Positions 1-14,363 are shown, counted from the stretch's first letter. The stretch is DNA of 56,917 bases from Atractiella rhizophila (GCA_021432655.1 MU271478.1:1-56917), one strand, 5' to 3'. Notes: a model not told the origin generated them from the letters alone. Made by a program: numbers and translations.

Positions 1-1891
1 GATGACTTTCTCAAGTTGCGAGACTATGGGCATACCGTTCTTGGTGGACGGAAGGAGAGGCGAAGGTTTAGTTTGCTGGGAATGCGCCGCTACTTGGGCG
101 ATTATCTTGATGTTGGAGGCAAGTCGGCATTTGGAGAAACTTTGCACAGTGCTGCTGGCATTTCTGGTATGTCCCTGCCAAGCCAAGGTTTTCCAATGTT
201 CACTGTTAAGCAGGAGCGGAGACCGTTGCTTTCAGTTCCAGGGCTGAGATTCTGACGTCCAAGTTTGGACGATCTAGCAAACTGACCCCGAGATTCGTTG
301 TCGTCGTTCGTATTCACGTTTTCGTAACTGAATTTGATTGACCAAGGGATAGACCGACAAAGCGGTATACATTCTTATTACCCAGCTTGTTCAAGGATCT
401 CCCCAGACAAGTTGCGACCGAAAGATTCCCTTGGTGACGATATCCAGCGTTGGCCTCTCTAATCTCAAGGATGATTGGATGGTCAGCGCAACTTAATCAG
501 CTTAGTCAAACTTGACGCCTTTTTGCCAGGTCATCAATGTCAAGAATTCTGAGGAGGCAGATCCCGTTCTCGTTGTGCCATTCAAAACCGAAATGGTTGT
601 TCACCTTCTTCAGCGCACTGGCGGTAGCATTCAAATCGCGATTGGACCGACCCTAGACTACCAGAAGAAGAAAGGCAAGCGAGAGCAAATCCACGTTTCT
701 AAGGATCAAATGGGAGGAGAAGACGGTGTTTACAAGAGCCATAAGCTGGCCATTTCTAGTGGACAGCCCCCAAGTAGCGTATCCAAACCGATGCCCAAAC
801 GAAAGCCAGGTATTGTTCGTCCTATCACTCAAGGGAAGCTTTTACGGCCTGGCGGACCATCTGTGAGTGAGATGTTGGCGTGAAGCTTTATACTAAGCGT
901 GTCGTAGAAACCACGACCTGCTGCTCGTCCTGTTCCCAAAGCTCAGCCACTCCCTTCGGGTGGAGTCTCATCTACACCAAAAGCTCCCCCAGCTATCAAT
1001 GGAGGAGCTGGGAAGTCGGCTGCAGTACCGAGGGCTCCTCCAGCTCCTAAGGCTGCTGCCATCGTTCCCAAAGCGCCTCCTGCCCCTTCGACATCTGCGG
1101 CTACAAAAGCTGCCGCACCACCAACAAGAGCTCCGGCTCCCCCTCCTCCGCCTCCACCCCCAGCACAACCAGACGTGCCGATGTATAAGGCGTAGGTCAT
1201 TGCCAGGGTTGAAGTGATTTACTGAAAGCTTGCAGGACATTTAAATTCGAGACCACAGAGGATGGGGAATTAGCCCTTCAGAAAGATGACCTAGTCGAGG
1301 TGGTACAGAAGGATGATACGGGATGGTGGCTTGTAAAGAAAGGGAACAAAGAAGGATGGGCACCGTCGAACGTAAGTGGTACAACTCACTGAAGCGATAT
1401 CCTGGCTAAGCTTGCTTGCAGTACCTCCAACTTGTCGAGAAACCCAAGCCAAAACCAGCAGCTCCCCCTGCACCAGCGCCAGCATCAGTTAGGAAGACCC
1501 CTGTTGCAACACCTGCCCCATCTTCGGTGAGAGCCGACGCAAATGCAGCTCCTGTTTCTGTCTTCGGAACTGCACAGCCAGGAGGACTTCAGGTGAGCGT
1601 GTTGTCATACCATGGTTGAAAGCTCACTGAAAACTGCTGCTTCAGGCCATCCTTGCGGCGAAGCGAGCAGCGGCAGATCAAAATGGCGAATCCAATGGTG
1701 GCTCTGCTGCGAGCTCACGGCCATCGTCTTCTCTCGCCAACAAGCCAGCTCCTGCACCAAAACCCAAACCCGCTATTCCATCCAAGGCAGGTGTTGGCGC
1801 ACCTCCCCCGAAACCTAAGCCTGGAGGCGGTGTAGGGCAAATGGATTTGGCTGCCGCGCTCCAGAAGCGACAGGCTCAAATGAATCAGTGA
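1..1891 (+). CDS. MYO1: Class I myosin, 3' part (TH1, Pro/Ala-rich linker, SH3, C-terminal tail); 5' end lies outside the window
   Basis: Spliced exons give TH1-like [21 protein letters not shown] and [18 protein letters not shown]3 [37 protein letters not shown], and end [18 protein letters not shown] with TGA at 1889-1891. Confidence 0.93.
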
Positions 1892-2091
1892 AAGATTGAG
1901 ATATATGGACTTTTGACTCTCGCAAGCGAGTAGAGTATAGTATACCCTTGCTGTATTTTAGATATGCAAATTCTTCTGAATATGGATTGTGTGTTACATG
2001 TCAAACGTAGAGACCAAGCATGATACGAGGCGTATGAAATAAGATGCAAGACGACGAAGAGCAATAAGTTACTGGTAGAACTGAGCAGAAA

Positions 2092-5000
2092 TTAAGACAA
2101 TGCGTGCACAAGGTGGTCGTCTTTTTGAAGTTCCAAAATCCAGTGCTGTTCTGAACAGAAATCAAGAAATTTCTTCAAAGTGGGAACACTGGTGAGAGTG
2201 CGTCGAGAACCGAAGATGATTAACTTGACTTTGGCACGAGTGAAGCAAACATTCAATCTGCGCCAGTCGCGTAAGAGATCGCCAACCTGAACGTATTGAC
2301 CATCAGTTTTAATCTATGAGTGTGGTTACAAGCAGGCTTACTTGATGTTCGGGATTTGACCTCGTGAGAGACATTAGAATGCAATCTTTGTCCCTCCCTT
2401 GGCTCTTATCGGCAGTCAGGACTTCAATTTGATTGTGTTGCCTCAGTCGTTGCGAAAGAAGTTTGATTTGCTGTCGATACAAGGCTATCACCCCAATGGA
2501 CGACTCCTTAACGCCAGCGGCCAAGAGCGCGGCACTGGTCTGTAGATGCAGGCATCAGAGACGGCACTGATTCTGATCGAGGAAAGCAAACCTGAGAGAT
2601 CAACTCTGCTTCGACATCGTTTTGTATCAAGTGACCCCCCGCCAGCTTCTTCTCCAAACCAGGTACGTTATCGGTATTTACGAAGGCGACACTTCGACTG
2701 GAAAGCAACGGTTGAGTTCTCAGTGATGCTCGCTACAAGGAGGACTTACTTCGGATCTAAGAGAATCTTCAACCAGCAGGCATCCATGGCGCATGTGCTA
2801 GATTCGTGAAAAGTAGCAAACTCTTCAACTCTCGGCAGGAATAGCTGCCTTCGAGCAACGTCTTCAGACCCGCATCGGAGCCTTCCATCGTAGATGAGGC
2901 GATTAGAGACTTCCATGATGTCTGCATTCATACGATACTGTTGCGTGAGGTAGACAATGGCTTGAGGGTGTGCATCGGAGAGGCGTTTGAATAAGCTGAC
3001 GTCCAATCCCTTCTCTCTCGCTTCGATACTCTTCACAAGCGGAGGGAGCTGGTTGTGATCCCCCACAAGAACGAACCGATCAGCGAAGCGGAGAGGTCCG
3101 AGGCAAGTAGGAAGAGTTATCTGAGAAGCCTCGTCTACGATGCAGTAATCAAAATGTCGACGCGAGAAAAGCACGCTGCATGAAACATCAATAAATATGT
3201 TCGCCGTAGTGGTTTCACATACTGATCGATGGCCAAACAAGTCGTGGCGACAATTTGAGGAGTCATGAGCTGGTGATTGAGTGCTTCGATTGACATGGCA
3301 GGGCTGTCTGGGGAGATGGTGAATCGTTGGATAGCATGTGCGACCTGCAAAAGTCAATGTTTATTCTCATTTGAGACACGAACTCACTTTATCTGGGTTG
3401 CCGATTCGAAGGATGCTGAGACCGGAATCCTTGACTTTCTCGAGGATTGTGTCGACTGCAGAGTGGGTGTAACTCGTCAATAGAATCGTCTTGCCTCGAG
3501 CCGCTAGAATCTCAATAACTTTAGCAATAGTGGTGGTTTTCCCCGTCCCAGGCATTCCGAGGAGAAGAGCATAGTCTTCCGTCTTCAAAACCTTCATGAC
3601 CGCTGCTTTTTGGTCGTCATTAGCACCGTCGAGCTTCAGGTCGTCCAAATCGGCCCCTACAGTGAATCTTGGCTCCTCCAGATCTACTATCAACCTCCTC
3701 CTTCTTTCATCTCCATTGTCGTAGAAAAGCTGCGCTAGGTTGTCTCTCACTCTCCCCATCCCGGCTCCTAATTCATCCCTATCGATTCGAAATTTCGTGT
3801 TTTCTAGACCTTGACATCTTTCTGGGAGTTTGAGTTGTCGATCCAGTCCCAAGGTCACGAAAGAGTGGTTTAGATCTAAGATAAAGCCTCGCGCAAATGC
3901 AAGCACGACTCCGTCAATGGATACGACGATGGGGTCGCCACGAGTCAAGTGACCAGATAGTAGAGAAGTCGACGGAAGGGAAGGGTCTTGGATAAAGCGA
4001 TAGACAAAGCGTGACCATCGCGCATTTGTGGCTACAGTTGCTGAATCGAAAGATGAATCCAAGACCATGTCAGCCAAACACCTAACCAATATGTCAACCA
4101 GTTTGCTGAGCAATGGTGACGAACATCTGTACCTTCCATGATTTGCTCGTTCTCCAGCAGCCATCGTCCATATCTCTTTCTTTGACCGTGAACCCTCCCT
4201 CTCTTCCAAGCTGATGAGTTCTTCCCAATGTCGAAAGAAGTCAGTGTGCCTGTTTGTGAGATGACTGGTCTTTCTCTTGTACAAGTCGATCAACCAATCG
4301 TCAGCTTGCGGTTCCTCGACTTGCAAGTCCTTCTCGACACTCTGTGCACCATTCTGAACAAGCTATCGCGACAACCACAAGTTGGATGGACGTACCCGGC
4401 GGTAAAGTAGACAAGAATCTACAACATAGCAGCGCTCGCAGGCTCTCTTCTCATCGATTGAACGAGGAAGAATACCCTTCCAACACTCTTCAACGTCGTC
4501 CGATGTTGCTTCCTCCGCCTTCCAAGTCGAGAGCGTTAGGTGAGAATGGTGCATGAAGTGAGCCATTCGATTCCTGCTCTGGACTAATCCTCGAATCTCC
4601 TTCTGCGCTCCCCAGACGCGATGTACCGAACCGCTTTGGGTATAATAGAGGAGACCTGACGCGATTTCTTCGCCTAGCACGAATAATCAGGACATCACAT
4701 TCGTGAAGTGCAAGGGACGAACCATAGCGTTCGCTCATGAGGAGAGTGTACAGCATGGTCTGCGCACGATGTTCGAGCCCTCCCTCACTTTTCCCGGTTT
4801 TGATCTCAAGCGGTAGAGTCATCTTCGTCCCCTGCACATCTGCCTTCACGGATGCATCGATCTTTCCCTTCAACCCCCACTTTGGACTCCAAACATCTTC
4901 CTCCACATCGAATACGCGCTCAATCTTCAGCTTTTCTTCCCTCGTCGCACGCCCATCGACCATCCTTCCCTCATCCTCTCCCAAAACGAATTTCTTGCCG

Positions 5001-6474
5001 AACTCCGCTGCCGCCTTCCCAATTCTGTTTTTAAGCTCAAAAGTGGCCTTATCTACCTCCAATCCCATGCTCCATAGAGTTTCGATTTCCTTCTTGCAGA
5101 CATCTTCGCACGTCGAATCGACAAAAGCCTCGTCCCATTTCTCAGCTTGCAAACATCGTTGAATGACTTCATGTCCCAGATTCCCGATTAACAACCCCAT
5201 TGAACTTGTCCCATTCGACCTGAACTTTTCTTGCAAAATCGGTTTGCGGACACATTGACTGGAATCCGAGATCTTTGTCGAGGAGAGCAGGAGATCCGGA
5301 TGGAGGACGAGGAGCGTAGGAGTCTTGAGGGAGAGGATAGCAAGGTATGGTGGAGATGGAGCGGGCGAAATGAGGTGGATCACGTCTCCGCGTTTGATCG
5401 GGGACGAGTACCAATCGTCTTTGAGCAGGATTTCGCCTTCTTGCTCCTCTATGTCCGCGCCCCCAGTTGATATCCTCAGCTTTGGACCTCCAGGTTCGTT
5501 GAGGATGGGAAGGCGAGAGACCGTGAGATATTTGACTGATTCTTCAACATTGTTTTTGACGGAGAGGACGCGGAAACGGAAATAAGGCTCATCCTTGCTG
5601 AAACCCTTGGGAGCGACGGTTGGTAGGTGAGTCTGTAAGGATCAGGTTAGCAGAGCATGGCATGGAGTGAATTGGATACCTGAACCAACGATGGCCCTTT
5701 CTCCTTCGTAGCTCTAGCCGGGGAGGACTTCTTCCTTGGTGGTTTGATGGGGGACACATCGAAGTCGTCCCAATCTTCCACATCGTCAATAAGATCCTCC
5801 ACATCCACAACCTTGAGGATCTGCTCCGTCATTTCCGCCACCACTTTCTGCACTCCACCCTGTGCTTCCTTCTGATCCTCTCCATCCGCAAAATCATCAT
5901 CCATATCCAATCCCTCCGCCAGATCCCTCAAGTCATCGCTCGTCAACGTTATTCTTGCTTTCTTGCTCTTAGTCGAACCAGAGATACTATCCCGTCGTTT
6001 CCTCTTCGGGCTCACGCTGTTCTTGCGCTCGCGTTCTCTCCGAGGACTGTTGAGCGGTACGGTCTGGAGAGCTTTGCGTTGCGGAGGAGGAGTGGTGGCG
6101 CGGAGGTCGGTTGTGACTGGTTTTGACGGTAGTTTTGGAGCGAATGTCGGTGACGTTTTGGTGTGAGCACTTTTCGGTGTGGCAACCGTGGGATTGAAGC
6201 GCGAATGCGAAGATTTTGCGATATCTGCATTTCTTTGTTGCATAGACGTCTTCCTCTCCCGACTCTCATTCATGGATTTCCTCTTGATAACCTCCAGTTC
6301 CTTCTTCGGCAGGCTCTTCGCCATAATACCACTCTTCTTGGCTATGGGTTTCTTTGGTTGAGAGAGAGGAAAAGGGGGCGAAGAGGAAGGGAATTTGTCA
6401 AAGTCGTCATTGTCGAGTCCAGAGAGGAGATCAGCCATGAATGCGTCTTCTGCACTTGGAGCTACTCGTGACAT
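2092..6474 (-). CDS. DNA2: DNA replication nuclease/helicase Dna2 (multi-exon)
   Basis: Nuclease motifs EEDVWSPKWGLKGKIDAS, PLEIKTG and HRAQTMLYTLL; Fe-S Cys (CERCY..C); SF1 helicase GMPGTGKTT, DEASQ, LVGDHNQLPP, QYRM, TADKSQGRD and RRLNVCFTRAK. Stop TAA at 2092-2094. Confidence 0.96.
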
Positions 6475-6867
6475 CTTGGACGACTTGACGAGAGGGGCAT
6501 TAATGGCTTTTGGGAAGCGTAACTTCGTTTGTGACGATGCTACAGCTTGGATTCGTGATGTTACCCTTGATAGCCAGATGAGAATACGAACATGTGGTTT
6601 TACCCATATTTTTCTCGATCCCGGTACTCCTTAACACAGCACTTACTAAATCACTGATCAAACCACTAAGAGATAAGAGAAGACGTAGGTGTCGTTCCTG
6701 GGCGCGTTGGTTGTTTTTGGACATTGTACGCGCTTTGTCCTTCTCGAGTCCCTAGCGTCTCACTTAGCCGTAGCCTAATCAGAAACTACATCACAGGTAA
6801 CTTTTTTCTGCCACGAGAGTAGCTGGAGGTGCTTAGGGTGCTTACTTTGAAGGTTATTTGAGGTGCA

Positions 6868-8396
6868 ATGCTGGTTCGTACTGGGACAAGGGGTTTGTTA
6901 CGTTTGTCGGCACGAAGGTGAGTATCTACTTCATTTCCTACACTGGGTAAAGACCTTGCGAAAGCACACGGCCTGTCGTCTTTGCACGAGCTGCGGTCCC
7001 GACATGGAGCCAGGCTTCGTTTCCTCAACAGAGGAACATCTCTTTTTGGCCTTTTGGCTCTTCTGCTCCAAAGACAGCTCCTCCCCCACCTCCAGCGCAG
7101 GTCGAACCTCTTGCAGCATCTTCACCACCTCCTCCAGCACCAGAGCCCGTCCTCGAAGCCGCTGAAGTAACCCCTTCTCCTGCTTCAGACGCCGTCATTC
7201 CTTCAGAACCACTAACTGAAACCGCTTCAAACTCGATATCGACATTCTCGAGCGCTGTGCAAGAGCTCGCAGCTATCAATCCCGACCATACGTTGCTTGT
7301 CTCATGGATGCAAAAGATCTTCTGCCATCTCCACGACTTCACGCACCTGCCATGGCTATACACCATCCCTCTCTTTGTCATCTCCTACCGTCTTCTCCTC
7401 GTCCCGACTGTCGCCACAGGGCTTCGAAATACGATTCGATTGCAACGACTGAATCCAGAAATGACAAAGTATTCGAACGCAATCAAGGACGCTCAGCTGC
7501 TGAACGACCCTCAACTGGTGCAGACGAAGCAGCGCGAATTGGTGTTTTGGTTCAAGAGGAACGATGTCCATCCTCTCAAAAGCATGAAGGCGCCATTCAT
7601 GCAGGCTGCCGTCGCCATCCCCATCTTTTTCGGACTCAAAGGACTGGCCGAATGCACACTCCCAAGCATGGTCACACAGGGAGCGGCCTGGTTTACGGAT
7701 CTGACGGTCTACGATCCCACATTCGCTCTACCAGTGATTGGACTGGGCACCACTTTGGTCACTATTTGGGTGGGTGGTTCTTCCCGTTTCAGAGTTTCAA
7801 GGAGCGAGCTAAGACATGCTGCCATAGACCGGAACGAGCGAGTTCAGCACAGGTGCTAAGCCTCCAGCATCACAACAAGGCGTTATGAGGTTCATGACCT
7901 TCCTGATCTGCGCATCAGGGTTTTGGGTCGCATACTTCCCAGCCGTATGCTTCAATTCACTCGGATAAAGTAGAGTCTTCTAACATTGCATATAAAGGCC
8001 GTAACATACTATTTCTGTGTGAACAACCTCTACTCCTTCTTCCAAGCCATGGCGTTCCGCACTCCCGCTGTCCGTCGTTACTTCGACATCCCAAAGCCTG
8101 TTCCAGGTCCGAAACCGGGAGAGCCGGGGTACATCGAGCCGCGGTCGCTGAGGGAGATGGTTTCAGAGATGATGGAAGATCGGGTGAGGAAGCAGGCGGA
8201 GAAACAGGGCAAGAAGATCCTGAACCGAGAACAACAGAACGAGCAGGAGAAGGTGGACTTTTATCGGGAGTTGGAGCGACAGAAAATAGAAAGGCTCCAG
8301 GGTGGCACGAGGGCAGAAAACGTGGTGGAGGACAGGATGAAGGCCGCTAATGAGAGGAGGGAGCAGTGGAAGAAGGGCCTCAAGACTCAAAAGTAG
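6868..8396 (+). CDS. OXA1: Mitochondrial inner-membrane insertase, Oxa1/YidC family
   Basis: Arg-rich presequence MLVRTGTRGLLRLSARR (ATG 6868), then LHDFTHLPW, HPLKS..PFMQ, GAAWFTDLTVYDPTFALP, YFCVNNLYSFFQ..FRTPAVRRYFDIP and a charged C-tail. Confidence 0.85.
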
Positions 8397-8631
8397 TTTA
8401 GTGTTATTGTACTTCCTAATTCCACACCCCCTCTCAACGGAACTGAATACGTAACTGAAGGAGGAGAACTATTCATCATGAGAACCTCACCCGGTGCAAG
8501 AAAAGGTCAAGCACACTCGGTAATAGGGCACGTGAGTGAATATTGCTGACTTCGATCATTCTTCCTTTGACTTTGAGTCGTCAACCATCTTGCTGTCTCC
8601 ACAGCCGGGCGCCAATCGCATAAAGTCCACG

Positions 8632-10667
8632 ATGAGTTCCATGACTTCCGCTATGCTCGGAGCCAACAACAACCCTGGCATTCGTAGCCCCTCCCCACTC
8701 CCCTCTCCATCCTCCTCAAATTTCGCCCCATCTCACTCCCAGCCACAAGCCGGAAACACCATGTATCCTCCAACCTCCTCGGTCCAGATCGAACCCTCCT
8801 TCTGGGAGGTATCTCAACTGTTACACTCCGATCAGGGTAACCTCGTCCCCATCTATGCCACCTTACCAGGCGACCTGCTCACGCCAACGGCTGCTTATCT
8901 CAAAATTACGAATGGATGCAGGGTTGGCGAAAGCTTCTTGCTAGAGAGTGTGCTCGGCGCAGCAGGAGTTGCGAGGTATTCATTCGTTGGCGCAGGTGAG
9001 GTGTCCGACAGTATGCCCTTGGTTATTTTGCTCACGATGTGGCGAAAGATCCCATAAAAGTTTTGCGGACTGGGAATCGAGAGGAGGCGCAAGGAGATCC
9101 TCTTGCTCATCTCGAATTCCTACTCTCGGAATACAGATACGTCGAAGTTCCCGGACACAAACTGCCTTCATTCACAGGTTGTTCAACTCCAATAATAATC
9201 ATTTTTCTCTGCTGATCGTGACATTGCAGGAGGAGCGATTGGATACATTGGCTACGATTGCATCCGCCACTTCGAGCCTCGAACGCAGACAAAGCCGTTA
9301 CGGGACGTTCTGAAGATTCCAGAGGCGGTATTGATGATCTGCGACACAATCATCATCTTCGATCACGTCTTCCAAACGGTCAAAGTCGTCTCTCACGTTC
9401 ATCTTTCCGCATACGCCTCTTCCTCCAAGGAATCAGAGATCAGGAAAAGCTATTCTCAGGCTTGTGCGAAGATCACCAATATCGTCTCCCTCCTACTTTC
9501 CAACGATCCAATCCCTTCACCTCCCCAAGAAAAGATCGTGCCTTCTGATAGTCGAGGCGAAAGCAATGTTGGGAAGTCGGGTTATTGTCGATTCGTTACG
9601 GAATTGAAGAAAAGGATCACGCAGGGAGATATCATCCAAGCCGTCCCTAGTCAAAGGCTGAAAAGAAAGACCGACTTACACCCCTTCAATGCTTATCGGT
9701 TCGTTCTTTCCACTTGTCTAGCCTCCTCGCTATCTCTGTTGCTCATTCTGATGAGGATAGACAACTTCGCTCCTTCAATCCTTCACCATATATGTTTTAT
9801 GTCGATTGCGGCCGCGACCTGAGACTCGTAGGCGCCTCTCCAGAATGTCTCGTTAAGGTAGAAGATGGCTTGGTGGAGTGCCATGCCATCGCAGGGACGA
9901 TTCGGCGTGGAAAAGACGCAGCCGGTTCGCCTTTCCTCCCTCCACGGCTTATCCATACCTTCATGGTGTAGAGCTGATCAAACCTTTGCTTGGAACAGAG
10001 GACGTAGAGCTGTCCAAAAAGCTTGCTGAGTCGACGAAGGATAGAGCCGAACATGTCATGCTTGTTGATCTCGCTAGGAACGACGTGAATCGCGTCTGTG
10101 ACCCTGCCACCGTAAAGGTGGATTTCTTGATGCAGGTCCAACAATTCAGTCATGTCATTCATCTCACAAGTCAGGTTTCTGGACGTTTGCGAGAGGGACA
10201 ATCTCGGTGCGTTCCTACTACTCGTCGTTCCCCAATTTGACGCAGCTGTCTCGCTACCATTTATGTCTGGGCATAGCTTTGATGCGTTCAGATCCATCTT
10301 TCCTGCTGGAACAGTATCCGGTGCGCCAAAGATACGAGCGATGCAGCTGATTGGAGAGTTGGAGGGAGAGACTCGAGGAGTATATGCGGGAGCTGTGGGC
10401 AACTTCAACTTCTCACGGAATTCATTGGACACTTGCATCGCCATTCGAACGATGGTCTTCCTCAATGGAACTGTCTACTTCCAAGCTGGAGGTGGGATCG
10501 TTTACGACAGTGTGGAGGAAGAGGAGTTTGAGGAGACTATTAATAAACTTATGGCCAATGTTAATACTATCATCCAGGCTGAACGTGAGGTTTCATCAAT
10601 TATCGACCTGTGAGGAGATGCTGATTAATGGCTTGGGATAGAATACCAAGCTAGCTTACAGGGTTGA
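8632..10667 (+). CDS. TRP2: Anthranilate synthase component I
   Basis: [90 protein letters not shown]. The last small exon ends at TGA 10665-10667. Confidence 0.96.
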
Positions 10668-11012
10668 GTTCTCATTATGGAATGTATTCCGTTATCCGAG
10701 CATGCTCTACAATGAACTGTGCAGTCAAGATTAAATCACCCTCCTTCCTGAGAGCTCCGGTGGCTACTACTAGACTTTGGTTGGTATCAAGCAAATATGC
10801 ATGTACAATACTACAAGACGATGTAAACGCAAAAAGGTAGATTAAACTACATTAACTTTCTTAAATGTGATGCAAAGCGAACAAGGGTTCAATATTGTCA
10901 CTGGGAGTCCCTCGTCGAGGGGGAAAATCAGCAGCACAGCACCACCGTGAATTAGTCCAATTCGACTTAAATCTCGCTTAAAGAAAGCTCTAAGCAATGT
11001 CCATGGCCCCAT

Positions 11013-14000
11013 CTAGAAAAGCACTCTCCTCAGAGGAGCCAGCATCATATACCAGGGTTCCTTCGACCCTATTGGCTTTTTCTCTTTCACGATGACTTCC
11101 GCTGCACCTGTATTGACTGCGTCCCAAAGATTTCGTTTGTGTTCGAGCTCCATCATGAGAAAAAGAAACGAGCGTACAATCCATATCCTCTGCTCTCACC
11201 CAACGGGTCTTGAATCGAACCTTGTAACCAACGTAGAGGAGCGTAAAAAGAATTATAGGAGCGTAAGAGGTTATGAATGTCGCTTGAAGCCTAGATTCAG
11301 CATTAAACGTCCTAACAAGAAACCACTGACAGGTTTTGAAGTGTCCCTTCAGGAAAACTCGCCAGCCGGAGAAAATCAAGATGAGGACGACCCACACTAA
11401 GTTGAGGCAGCCAAATCAACGGCGGGTTGGGACGGTGAAAGAAGAGGCGCTTACTGATTGCCCACCAAGCGGCATAGGGTTGGAACGGAGCGTAGAAGGG
11501 GAAGCGTCGACGATCGATTCCTTGGGCTTTGCATCCATAGTACCAACTAGCGTGCATTTCTGTCATTTGAGATCCCATTTCTCGAAAGAGTTTGAAAGCG
11601 TACCGCAGATATGTGACACAGATACCACCCCAAGAGATAAGCCAGCCTATTGAAGAGAGAGTCGTGAAGTAGCCGAAAGTCTACTCCTGGTTAGCATCCT
11701 CTTGTATCCCGATGCAAAACAAACCAACCTCAGCTGCTGACTGAGAGCCTGCGGATGTGTACGCCAGCAATCCGAACAGGATCGATACTATCCACGTCTT
11801 CCAAGGCAGACCGTAAGAAGTAGTGGACAGGAAGAACTTTGGGGCGGTTCCTGTAAACGCAAGTCATCAGTACCTTCACCGTATGAGAGACAGAGGTAAC
11901 AGAAATACCCGTTATTGACATGCCAAAGAGCACTCGGGACGACACAAACATGTTGGAACTCGCACAACTGTGCCGATGGATCAACACTCTTACTTTCTCA
12001 AGAAGGCAGAACGGTGAGATACTGACCTGAGGGCAGAGGTCAGAATGGCGGCATTTATGACTCCAGGAAGCGATTTGATTCCCGCCTACAGCACGTTCAG
12101 TCGTTAGGCTTCAAGGGGAATTGAAAACGAAGGGTTGGTCGCACCTTCTCTATTGCAATGACGAAAGGTGATACCTCAGCTGTTTTCTGCAAGGAGGCTC
12201 TGGCATTATTGAGCCTTGGATCTTTCGAAGAGACAAGGATGCCGATGATGAAGACCCCGACGATATAGAAGATGAGAACTCGATAAAAAACGCTCTTAAT
12301 CGCGGCCGGGATTGACTTTCTCGGATTCTACTCACAGCGGTGCATCATCAGCTCTCAAAAAGTTCGTGTATAGTCGCTACTATACGGACCTTTGCCTCTG
12401 CAGCAGCGATTCCAATGATTTCTGCACCAATGAAGGCGAATGTAGCTTGGATGAGGACACTCCAGAATCCTAGGAATCGACCGAGAGCACCTGGGATGCC
12501 GAGTACCTGGACGAAGGGGCCGGGGTCGCCTGTTTTCAACCAAGGGTTCGTTAGAAGGGGGAGGAGGGAAGGAAAGACGAACGCCAGTATTTGAAGCCAA
12601 TTGTCTCTCCAGTCGGTCCACCGCCAGCACTGATGACTATCCCGACTATTATAAGGCTGTCCCTCTCCTCAGAAATGAATTAAAGAACAGCGGAATGAAG
12701 TACCCAATAATGGTAATTACTTTTATTGACTAAGTACCCCATCAGACACTTGTTTCTAGAATCAGATGAGCCAACTCACGCTGAACCAAAACTCGAGCTC
12801 TCCATACGAACGAGCTCCGAAACCATTGATGATGGAAACGACGGTCAAGAAGATGGTGACCCATACTGCATTCGAGATCGTTTTATTCCAATAACCAACA
12901 AGCACGGCGGCGGCGGACAGTTCAGCGGGTAAGAGGAAGAGGTATGTGAAGCAATATGCCCATCCTAGGGCAAAGGAGAAGGCTGGATCCCCGAATCTCG
13001 CCGCCAGAGATATTTGGCCCCCGACAACCGGCAGATGGGAAATCATTTCGCCCATTGATATCATCTGGCAGTAAAGTACTGTCCCTAATATCGTGTATGC
13101 GAGAAGGATCCCAAGTGGGCCGCCGGTTTGGAGGGAGACAGCGCTGCCGAGGAAGAGACCTGTGCCTATTACACCACCTATGGCCTATTCCACGTTTCCA
13201 GCGGTTAATGGCGAAGAAGGAAGGAGAGGAGGAAGGACGGACCATCATGACTATATGTCTATTCTCCAGTCCACTCTTTAAACCCGTCTTGATCCTGGCT
13301 ACATTATCCTCTGTCCACTTCTTCGTCTTCTGCACGCTCGACTGGTGCAACAGCAGAGTGGAAGCGTCATCCCTATCATCACCCTCCTCATGTTCGGTCC
13401 GTCTATCCGCCTCGTGTTCTTCCTCCTCCTCCTCCTGTACCACACCATACGACCACCGTGCTCTTCCCTTGGGGAACAACATGCCTTTCAACGGCGCATG
13501 AGCCCTACTGAGAGTTCGCTGTATATGATTTGGACGTTTCTTCTCCTCCTCCTGCACAAGCAAAGAAGTAGACGGCCCATCGTACGTCGGATACGTATCA
13601 GGATACTCGTCCCCGCTCCGACTCGTCTGGCCGCTCAACGGAGGAGTGGGAGCGAACGAGCCCTTTTCTGACTTTGAATTGTGCAGGTTCGACACCTCGT
13701 CCGCACTGAGGAGAGCGTCAGTGGAGCGATAGCCCATCGACTCCTCTTCTGCTCGAGGTGTCTGCGTCCAGTTGAATACTGGCGGCGCGTTGAGCTGGGA
13801 CATGATTGGGGTTGCATCTCTCGATGAATCCGAAGCTGAATTTGATCCCGAAGGATCGTCTGGCCGCTCAACGGAGGAGTGGGAGCGAACGAGCCCTTTT
13901 CTGACTTTGAATTGTGCAGGTTCGACACCTCGTCCGCACTGAGGAGAGCGTCAGTGGAGCGATAGCCCATCGATTCCTCTTCTGCTCGAGGTGTCGGCGT

Positions 14001-14363
14001 CCAGTTGAACACTGGCGGCGCGTTGAGCTGGGACATGATTGGGGTTGCATCTCTCGATGAATCCGAAGCTGAATTTGATCCCGAAGGGACATACTGGTGG
14101 AACGGAGGCAGGGATTCTCGTACAGGAAGGTGAAAGGCAGGAGCAGTGGACGTGGAAGGATAAGAAGAGTAAGGCAGCGGATTTGAGGAGGGCGATGGTT
14201 GGAGCTGTTGCGAGTTTCGGACGTTGTGTACGAGGTTTGTGAGTGGCGAATTGGAAGGCAAGGAAGTGGGAGAGACGGTCTCCGGTCGAGAATAAAGGTG
14301 TTGATGTTCAGGGTATCCCCCGTAATATCCGTCACGGTCGCCGTCGAAGGGCTGCCGATCCAT
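11013..14363 (-). CDS. APC-superfamily (YAT) amino acid permease; N-terminal tail disrupted by a tandem duplication, with an alternative start at 13803
   Basis: Spliced: LENRHIVMMAIGGVIGTGLFLG, YGELEFWFSSIKVITI, AFIGAEIIGIAAAEAKNPRKSIP, SPFVIAIEKAGIKSLPGVINAAIL, PFQPYAAWW. Stop TAG at 11013-11015. Confidence 0.9.
13623..14088. repeat. Direct tandem duplication, 233-bp period, two near-identical copies
   Basis: 13623-13855 repeats at 13856-14088. Substitutions seen at 13741/13974, 13763/13996 and 13777/14010. Confidence 0.95.

Noticed and set aside
9797..10465. 222-aa minus-strand ORF
   Set aside because: Antisense shadow of conserved TRP2 exons.
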